Assembly: GCA_965203175.1 (NCBI GenBank)
Contig: OZ241867.1
Span: 2,848,001 to 2,912,000, forward strand
Origin: Candidatus Latescibacterota bacterium
GTDB taxonomy: Bacteria > Latescibacterota > UBA2968 > UBA8231
Direction: 5' to 3'
DNA: 64,000 nt
Part shown: piece after piece, positions 57,366 to 64,000 of the stretch
Layout: each line of letters starts with the position of its first letter
Position numbering within the stretch: position 1 is the first letter of the stretch
Position numbers and translations under genes: made by a program
The notes under the pieces: model-generated
What the model was told of the DNA's origin: nothing
The model's input: only the letters and a program-made list of their open reading frames with translations
The model's database searches: none

Positions 57366-58613
57366 TTGAAAAAGATTCCACTTTGCTTGATCGGCTGCGG
57401 CGGTATGGGCCATCGCCATATCCTCGCCTACAAAGAACTGGAGAACAGCGGCATCGGCAATATCGAGCTGATGGCCGTATGCGACCTCAACCCCAAGAAC
57501 GCGGATCTGGGTCGGCGGGAAGTAGAGCGCCTCTTCGGTCGCACGCCCTTGGTCTTCACCGATCTGGGCGAGGCCGTGTCGCACCCCGACATTGCGGCGG
57601 TGGACGTGGCCACTGATCCCGCGGTCCACCACCAAGTGGCGGTGCCGGCGCTGGAGGCCGGCAAGCATGTCTTGTGCGAAAAGCCGCTGGGCATCACCAT
57701 TCGCGCCTGCACGGCGATGATTGCGGCGGCCGAAAAGAGTGGCGTGGTGCTGGCCACGGCTGAGAATTTGCGGCGCGACCCACCCAATAGATTGGCGCGC
57801 GCGATCCTCGACCACGGGCTTTTGGGCGACCCTTACCTGATGATCCACAACTGTCTAGGCGGCAACAACAAGATGGTCATCACCCCGTGGCGGCATCTCA
57901 AGGACAAAGGGGCGATCGGTCTAGATATGGCGGTGCATTTTACCGATATCGTGCAGTACTACATGGGTGCCTTCGACCAGATCTACGGCACTGGTTGGAT
58001 CATCGAGCCGGTGCGCTATAAGCCCGATGATTCCGGTCTCCAACTCGAGTCCTATGTCGAGCGGCTCAAGACCTTTCCCGATTCGATTGAAGCTACCGGC
58101 GAGGATTCGGTCTGCGCGATGTACAAGATGCAGTCCGGGGCCATGGTGCAGTTTACCTACGCGGCCGGCGGTCGCGGCAGCACCGGTTTTGAGCGCAGCG
58201 TACACGGCCGCTTGGGGGCGTTGTATGCGCCTGGGGACCGCAATGGCCGGCCGGTGGTCCTGCGCCGCGAGGGCCAACAGTTTGAGGGCGCAGAGATTTT
58301 GCCGTTATTGCCCGATTTTCAGATGAGCGAAATCACCGAGCGGCTTTTCGGCGCGAAGGTGGTGACCTACGAGCTGGACTTCCCGCCGATTGATGCCAAG
58401 CACATGGCCATCGAGATGCACGACTTCGGCGAGGCGGTCCTCAAGGGCACCAAACCCGAGGTCGATGGCCATCTGGGCATGACGGCGGTGGCGGCGATAT
58501 ACGGGGCCTATGAGTCGATCCTCGCTGGCCGGGCCGTGACTATGGATGAGATCCTCTCGGGCCAAGTGCGGGCCTACCAACAAGAGATCGACGCAGCGCT
58601 CGGGCTGGACTGA
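57366..58613 (+). CDS. Gfo/Idh/MocA-family oxidoreductase
   Basis: TTG start after AAGGAG. 'LIGCGGMG', 'ALEAGKHVLCEKP' and 'DMAVH'. Confidence 0.92.
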   Translation: MKKIPLCLIGCGGMGHRHILAYKELENSGIGNIELMAVCDLNPKNADLGRREVERLFGRTPLVFTDLGEAVSHPDIAAVDVATDPAVHHQVAVPALEAGKHVLCEKPLGITIRACTAMIAAAEKSGVVLATAENLRRDPPNRLARAILDHGLLGDPYLMIHNCLGGNNKMVITPWRHLKDKGAIGLDMAVHFTDIVQYYMGAFDQIYGTGWIIEPVRYKPDDSGLQLESYVERLKTFPDSIEATGEDSVCAMYKMQSGAMVQFTYAAGGRGSTGFERSVHGRLGALYAPGDRNGRPVVLRREGQQFEGAEILPLLPDFQMSEITERLFGAKVVTYELDFPPIDAKHMAIEMHDFGEAVLKGTKPEVDGHLGMTAVAAIYGAYESILAGRAVTMDEILSGQVRAYQQEIDAALGLD

Positions 58614-58647
58614 AGATTTATTATACGGGGAGCAAGGAGACGCAACC

Positions 58648-59805
58648 ATGGAGCGCAGTACTGACCGCATCTTGACTACCCACGTTGGCAGCTTGGCACG
58701 TCCTGTGGACTTGCTCGACCTGATGAAGGCCAAAGTCAACGGCAGACCCTACGACGAGGAGGTCTATGCTCGGCGAATTTCGGCTGCCGTGGCCGAGGTT
58801 GTCAGCAAGCAGGTCGAGAGCGGCATCGACATTGTCACCGATGGCGAGCAGAGTAAGCTCGGTTTCTCGACGTACGTGAGCGAGCGGTTGGCCGGTTATG
58901 AAGCGAGACCGGGTGCGATCGACTCCGCTGAATTTTCGCAGGAGGTGGCCGCTTTCCCGGAGTATTACGAGCGCTACTTTGGCGAGGCCATGCACGGGGG
59001 TGCCGTCGCCAAAATAAACCCCGTCGCGTGCATCGGCCCCGTCAGTTATAAGGGGATTGATGCCCTGAACGAGGACATTGAAAATCTCAAAGCCGCGGTC
59101 GCGGGAGTGGACAAGGTGGATGTCTTTATGCCCTCGGTGGCGCCGAGTGGGGTCGGCGGAAACGAGTATTATCCGACTGAGGAGGAGTATCTGCAGGCGG
59201 TCGGCGAGGCGATGCGCACGGAGTATAAGGCGATCGTCGATGCGGGCTTCATCGTGCAGATCGACGATCCCTGGATGACAGTGGTCCGCGGCGACGGGAG
59301 CTTGAGCCTAGACGACCGCCTGCGGAAGATCGAACTGTCCGTCGAGGTTCTCAACCACAGCTTGCGCGGTATTCCCCCCGAGCAGGTGCGGCTGCATACT
59401 TGCTACGGGATCAACGAAGGTCCGCGCATCCACGACGCGGCGCTCAAGGACATCGTGGGGATCATGCTCAAGGTGAACGCCGGTGCCTATTCGTTCGAGG
59501 CCGCCAACCCGCGGCACGAACACGAGTACCACGTCTGGGAAGACGCCAAACTGCCGGAGGGCAAGTTGATTATTCCAGGAATGGTCGCACACGCGAGCAA
59601 TATCGTCGAGCATCCCGAACTCATCTGCGAGCGCATCGTCCGCTTCGCCAACATCGTGGGACGAGAGAACGTGATCGCTGGGACCGATTGCGGCTTTTCG
59701 ACCCAGGCTACCTATACCCCAGAAGTCCATCCGACCGTGGTGTGGGCCAAGTTCCAAGCCATAGCCACCGGTGCACAGCTGGCGACGAAGCAGCTCTGGG
59801 GATGA
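58648..59805 (+). CDS. Cobalamin-independent methionine synthase II family (core MetE-like) protein
   Basis: 'ILTTHVGSLARP', 'GIDIVTDGEQ', 'QIDDP', HTCYG (HxC), 'FEAANPRHEHE' and 'GTDCGF'. ATG after AAGGAG. Confidence 0.92.
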   Translation: MERSTDRILTTHVGSLARPVDLLDLMKAKVNGRPYDEEVYARRISAAVAEVVSKQVESGIDIVTDGEQSKLGFSTYVSERLAGYEARPGAIDSAEFSQEVAAFPEYYERYFGEAMHGGAVAKINPVACIGPVSYKGIDALNEDIENLKAAVAGVDKVDVFMPSVAPSGVGGNEYYPTEEEYLQAVGEAMRTEYKAIVDAGFIVQIDDPWMTVVRGDGSLSLDDRLRKIELSVEVLNHSLRGIPPEQVRLHTCYGINEGPRIHDAALKDIVGIMLKVNAGAYSFEAANPRHEHEYHVWEDAKLPEGKLIIPGMVAHASNIVEHPELICERIVRFANIVGRENVIAGTDCGFSTQATYTPEVHPTVVWAKFQAIATGAQLATKQLWG

Positions 59806-59901
59806 GCCTGTCGCCGGGCATCGCTGGCCACGGCGATCAAACGCGATCGGGCCAAGATATGCTCTTCGTCGCAGGAAGGTTTTTATAGGGAGCCCCCATT
59901 C

Positions 59902-61848
59902 ATGTACCAACGCCTCAGAGATTCCTTAGCTGTATGGTGCGGGTTTTTGCTGTTCATTGTCGGCCCTCTCGACGCGCTGACAATCTACCGGCTCGGGGGT
60001 AGCGATTTGCCGGCTCCAGAGTTAGCGGCGCTTGAGGGGGTGGAATTCGTGCAACTAGCGTGGGCCGACGTAGCTGAAGATCGGCACGGCCAGACCGACC
60101 TAATCGAAGTAACCCCCAATCACATCGCACCGCGCCAACTCGACCCGACGGTCAACCTGACGCCGCTGTTGCCCCAGCCCGATTTCCTCGGGGATATTTT
60201 CTATCTGACTTGGATTGGCTGGGGTGGTCCCGATGTCGATGACTGGTTTATCTGGGACGAGGATCCCAATACGGTCTATCTGGGCGATGGGCACTTCGCG
60301 ATGCATGGGCCCAAACACAAAAGTCTGATTTTCGACCTCGGCGGCCTGTTTTTTCTCGAGCGAATCAAGTTCTACCCCCGCGAAAGACATCGGCACGACC
60401 GCTTCGTGGAGAGCTTTACCATTGGCATCAGTGACGGCGATCCGTTCAAAGATCCCCATCGAGAGCTACAGGCTGGAGTGGGGGGATTCGGCAGGGGGTC
60501 TGTCGTCGCCTTTGACGTGCTCTACGACATCAGGGAAAACACCGAGCCTATCATTGAGTTAGAGTTGCCAGCGCAACCTGTACAGAAGGTACTCTTTCGA
60601 GCAGCGGAGAATACGCGGGGCATCTGGGAGCTGGCCGAACTTGAACTCTACGGCGCGGGTTTTGCCCCCTTTGCTGGCTACCAAAGCAATGTCATTGATC
60701 TAGGCCGAGCGGTGTCGCTGGGCGATCTGAGCTGGTCGGGTGTGGTCGAGCCGGGTGCCCGCGTTGCCTTGACTATGCGCAGCGGCGCTACGCCGACGCC
60801 CAACATCTACTGGCGCTTCACCTTTCGCGGCGATGAGCAAAGTCGCTTCGATACCCAGGGCCGGGTGTTGACGCGCAAAGCCTATAACAAGCTCAACAAG
60901 GGCGAGCGGGCCGGGATCACGCCCGATACTCAGCAGTGGGAAGCTTGGAGCCAGGCGTACGATTTCGCGGACAGTACGGGGGCGATGCAGGCGAACCAGC
61001 CTAGGCGCTACGTGCAACTGCGCGCCGACTTTGAATCGCTCAAGGAGGCGGGCGGGCGGCTGGACTATGTACAGTTCAGCGTCTCGGACCCGCCGGTGGC
61101 CACCCAAGTGCTAGCCGAGATCTCTCCGGCGCAGGTCAAAGCGGGCGAGGTGACTTCCTTTACCTATGCGGTATTGCCTCAATTCGAAGAGGACGATTTG
61201 GGATTTGACACCATTGAGATTGAGACGCCCGTGCAGGTGAGGGAGGTTGACGCGGTGCGCATTAGCGAGATGGAGGTAGGCTTTGACGTCCTGCGCTCGG
61301 ACGCGGAGGGCTTTGCCCTGCGCATCCCGCGCATGGACTTGCAGCGCACCGAAGAACTGGTTGAGGTGGATTTTCAGGTGGAAGTGTTCAAGTTCGGCAC
61401 GATGTTCACCGGCCGGGTATCGGACAGCGAAAGGCCCTTTGAGGTGCATCAGCGGCTCACCGCAGGCGACGCCGATCCGCTAGTCGAGGGCAACACGCTG
61501 AACGTAGGTTTGGTCGAAGTGGAACACAAGGCAGCCAACGCGCTCAGACTAGCCTCGCCCGTGTTTACGCCCAATGGCGACGGAGTCAACGACGAGTTGC
61601 AGATCGAATACGAGCTGTTGAATCTCTTGGGAGCGGTACCAGTGGCATTGGATCTGTACGATTTGTCGGGCCATCGCTTGGGAGCAGTGTATCGCGGTAC
61701 AGCGCAGAGCGGCCGATTTCGCTTGGAGTGGGATGGGGTGTTGGCAAGTGGGGAACGGGCAGTGCCGGGGTGCTACTTGTTGCGCCTAGCGGTGACTAGC
61801 GACCGAGGTGGAGAAATCCTCCAGCGCGTCATCGCGCTGGCTTATTAG
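59902..61848 (+). CDS. Type-A array protein A4
   Basis: ALTIYRLGG, closest to A2 in its N-terminal half, 'FTPNGDGVND'. Ends IALAY. Confidence 0.85.
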   Translation: MYQRLRDSLAVWCGFLLFIVGPLDALTIYRLGGSDLPAPELAALEGVEFVQLAWADVAEDRHGQTDLIEVTPNHIAPRQLDPTVNLTPLLPQPDFLGDIFYLTWIGWGGPDVDDWFIWDEDPNTVYLGDGHFAMHGPKHKSLIFDLGGLFFLERIKFYPRERHRHDRFVESFTIGISDGDPFKDPHRELQAGVGGFGRGSVVAFDVLYDIRENTEPIIELELPAQPVQKVLFRAAENTRGIWELAELELYGAGFAPFAGYQSNVIDLGRAVSLGDLSWSGVVEPGARVALTMRSGATPTPNIYWRFTFRGDEQSRFDTQGRVLTRKAYNKLNKGERAGITPDTQQWEAWSQAYDFADSTGAMQANQPRRYVQLRADFESLKEAGGRLDYVQFSVSDPPVATQVLAEISPAQVKAGEVTSFTYAVLPQFEEDDLGFDTIEIETPVQVREVDAVRISEMEVGFDVLRSDAEGFALRIPRMDLQRTEELVEVDFQVEVFKFGTMFTGRVSDSERPFEVHQRLTAGDADPLVEGNTLNVGLVEVEHKAANALRLASPVFTPNGDGVNDELQIEYELLNLLGAVPVALDLYDLSGHRLGAVYRGTAQSGRFRLEWDGVLASGERAVPGCYLLRLAVTSDRGGEILQRVIALAY

Positions 61849-61862
61849 AGGACAAGAGTGCA

Positions 61863-64000
61863 ATGAAGACCATTTGGACTTTTGCCTGCGCCTTGTTGTT
61901 GGGCGCGGTGTGCGCCAGCGCTCAAGGAAAGGGCCATCGCGTCACCGCCGACCAAGTCGTAGTCAATACTCAACAGCACTGGCAGACCTGGTCCTTCGGG
62001 ACGGGCACCCTAGACATTGGGACTGACGGTGAAGTTCGGCCACGGCGGCTGCGCAAGAATATCAATGCCGTGGAGAATGCCCGCGAATTCTTGCGCCTGA
62101 ATCCTCCCAATTACATCAAAAAAGACGCGGCCGATATTGAACTCAGCGACGGAATCCGCGCGGGCTCCAATGCGTCGGGTGTACTGGCTCTCTTTGACGG
62201 CGATATGGAGACTTATTGGGAACCTGACGCGCTCGAGTTAGGTGTCGATTTGGCGACGCAGTGGTGGTTTATCGTCGATTTGGGCCGCTTCGTCATGGCC
62301 CGCAAGATCGTGCTCAAGTTTGTCGATGAAGCACTGGGCGACCCCTTCTTGCAGTTTGATGTGCTGGTCTCGGAAGGCCGCCAACCCAAGGGCAACAGCC
62401 GTTCCGAGACACCGGAATTCAGACGCGTGGCGCGCACCTTGGTGCCCAACAAGCACCAGCGGCTCTTTGAGATCGAACTGGAGTACGCAGAAGAGTTTGC
62501 GGGCATGGGTCTGCGCTTCGTGCAGGTGCTCGTGACCGGCAGCGACTTTGCCCAAGGGCGGGAGATCAGCCGCGACGAGTACGAGGCCCTGTTAGAGGCA
62601 GACCGGGGGGCAATCCTCTATCACAAGCTGCTGCCGAACGGCAATGAGGCCGCGGTCAAAAAGGAGGTCTATGACCGACTCGAAGCGTCGCGGCAAGGTT
62701 CCGTGCGCTATTTTGTGCGCGAAAGGCCGCGCTTGGCCGAGTTGGAAGTGTGGGCCGAAGGCGACGAGATCCTGATCAATACGGTCGAGCGCGGGGGCAT
62801 GGTCACCTCGACCCAATCGCTGGCGCTGGCGAGCCTGTTCGACGGCAATGTGCTCAGCTTCAGCGAGGTAATTTTCATCTTCTCTCCCGGGCAATTAAAG
62901 TCACCAGAGGGCGAGGTGTTTTTCGATATGGGAGCCTCGTTCTGGATCGACGCCTTCCGTATGGCTCTGGGAGCGCGCCAGCGCAATTTTGAGGGTTATA
63001 GACTGGATTTCTCCAATGGTGAGCGCGAGGCAGACGGCAGCCTCAAGTGGACTTCTGCGGCCGCAGTGAGTGGTGCGGAAGTCCTCGGTGCCGGCACGAT
63101 TGGTACCCAAAGCGTAATGGGCAACGACTTTAGCCCCCTAAGGGCGCGTTTTTTCCGCTTCGTGTGGAATCAGATTGTGCGCGGGGTGGGCAATAGCGGT
63201 GCGGCCATTTTGGCTGATCCGTCCGAGTTGCAGCTCTACGGGGAAGGGTTTATGTCGGAGGTAAGCCTGACTTCGGATCTGGTGCGGCTGGGCGGCAGCC
63301 GCAATTTGGTCTCGCTCGAATGGGACGCGGATGTGCCGCCGGGCACGAGTGTGCTGGTGCAAACGCGCACTGGCAACGAACTAGCCGAGAACCTGCGCTA
63401 TTTCAAAAAAGACGGCACTGAAGTGAGCAAAGACCAGTACGATAAGCTGCTCTCGATATTCAAGGGGGATATTATAGCCGAGGAAGTAGTGGGCGGAGAT
63501 TGGAGCGACTGGAGCCAGCCGGGCGAAGATCCCAGCGGCAGCCCGATTGCTTCGCCGTCGCCGCGCGAGTTCCTAGAGATCCGAGCAACCCTGTTGTCGG
63601 ACGCTCCTGCAGTGAGCGCGACCTTGCGTTCGATCCGGCTCAATTTTACGCATCCGGTGGCGCAGAGCCTGACGGGAGAGGTGGCACCGGCGGTGGTAGA
63701 GACGCTGGGGGAAGAGCAGCGCTTTTCGCTTTTTGTGCGGCCGAACTTCGCCCCCCGAGATCCCGGCTTTGACGAGTTCTTGCTGGTGGCTCCGGCGGAC
63801 ATGAGGCTTGGGTTCGACGGTCTGTATGCTGGTGCGGGCGAGGTGTTGGCCAGCCGCGATCTGGACGGGTTGGCGGTGGCTGATGTCGAGGTTGTGGCGA
63901 CGAGCGGCGACAGCCTGCGCTTGGCTTTTCCGCTAATCGGTCCGGAGTCAGGGGTGGAGGTGTTGCGGCTGGACTTTACCACGGCACTGTTTGCGGCCGG
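61863..64000 (+). CDS. Type-B array protein B4 (3' truncated by the window end; absent from the ORF track)
   Basis: Manual translation from ATG 61863 gives MKTIWTFACALLLGAVCASAQGKGHRVTADQVVVN...FDGDMETYWEP...QWWFIVDLGR...RPRLAELEVWAEGDEIL...GGDWSDWS...LRLDFTTALFAA, with no stop before 64000. Confidence 0.88.
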   Translation, partial: MKTIWTFACALLLGAVCASAQGKGHRVTADQVVVNTQQHWQTWSFGTGTLDIGTDGEVRPRRLRKNINAVENAREFLRLNPPNYIKKDAADIELSDGIRAGSNASGVLALFDGDMETYWEPDALELGVDLATQWWFIVDLGRFVMARKIVLKFVDEALGDPFLQFDVLVSEGRQPKGNSRSETPEFRRVARTLVPNKHQRLFEIELEYAEEFAGMGLRFVQVLVTGSDFAQGREISRDEYEALLEADRGAILYHKLLPNGNEAAVKKEVYDRLEASRQGSVRYFVRERPRLAELEVWAEGDEILINTVERGGMVTSTQSLALASLFDGNVLSFSEVIFIFSPGQLKSPEGEVFFDMGASFWIDAFRMALGARQRNFEGYRLDFSNGEREADGSLKWTSAAAVSGAEVLGAGTIGTQSVMGNDFSPLRARFFRFVWNQIVRGVGNSGAAILADPSELQLYGEGFMSEVSLTSDLVRLGGSRNLVSLEWDADVPPGTSVLVQTRTGNELAENLRYFKKDGTEVSKDQYDKLLSIFKGDIIAEEVVGGDWSDWSQPGEDPSGSPIASPSPREFLEIRATLLSDAPAVSATLRSIRLNFTHPVAQSLTGEVAPAVVETLGEEQRFSLFVRPNFAPRDPGFDEFLLVAPADMRLGFDGLYAGAGEVLASRDLDGLAVADVEVVATSGDSLRLAFPLIGPESGVEVLRLDFTTALFAA

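Noticed and set aside
58648-59805. Assigning the symbol metE
   Set aside because: It is a single-barrel ~385-aa protein lacking the N-terminal half. The family includes enzymes that are not methionine synthases.
30321-61848. Calling the array proteins flagellar hook-cap FlgD or gliding-motility proteins
   Set aside because: Only the small C-terminal Ig-like domain is similar, and no flagellar or gld genes are in the window.
41309-64000. Diversity-generating retroelement as the source of the variable loops
   Set aside because: There is no reverse transcriptase or TR/VR pair in the window. The differences include indels and are not visibly adenine-restricted. A trans-acting DGR cannot be fully excluded.
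41309-64000. Invertase- or shufflon-type phase variation of the array
   Set aside because: All copies are full-length, co-oriented and have their own start and signal peptide. No recombinase or inverted crossover sites were seen.

Overview
GC-rich bacterial DNA. The gene content (several PhyH dioxygenases, a sulfatase, CehA/McbA metallohydrolases, a CRTAC1/ASPIC-UnbV protein, a C-terminal 'SWGxIK' tail and FlgD/CHU_C-like C-terminal domains) suggests an FCB-group lineage such as Ca. Latescibacterota; this is an inference only. The region 1-25 kb is mostly catabolic and transport genes, plus a ~2,090-aa peptidase-like/FtsX-permease/polytopic-transporter fusion and a TonB-dependent receptor. 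The region 25-64 kb is a large cell-envelope locus. It has a minus-strand operon (PPIase lipoprotein, pentapeptide-repeat membrane protein, CRTAC1 lipoprotein). Diverging from it are two paralogous probable outer-membrane proteins, a membrane+TPR protein and a probably highly expressed CBM9/DOMON-like protein. It also holds an array of at least 9 paralogous secreted proteins: 4 type A, 4 type B (one truncated by the window edge and missing from the ORF track) and 1 divergent copy. These share a conserved scaffold, carry sharply localised variable loops in a discoidin-like domain, are mosaic between copies, and the complete copies end in an F(T/S)/V-PNGDG(I/V)ND...(A/T)Y domain. This array, a possible diversified surface-receptor repertoire with its own export or anchoring machinery, is the best candidate for an undescribed system. 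No rRNA, tRNA, CRISPR array, transposase or reverse transcriptase was seen.
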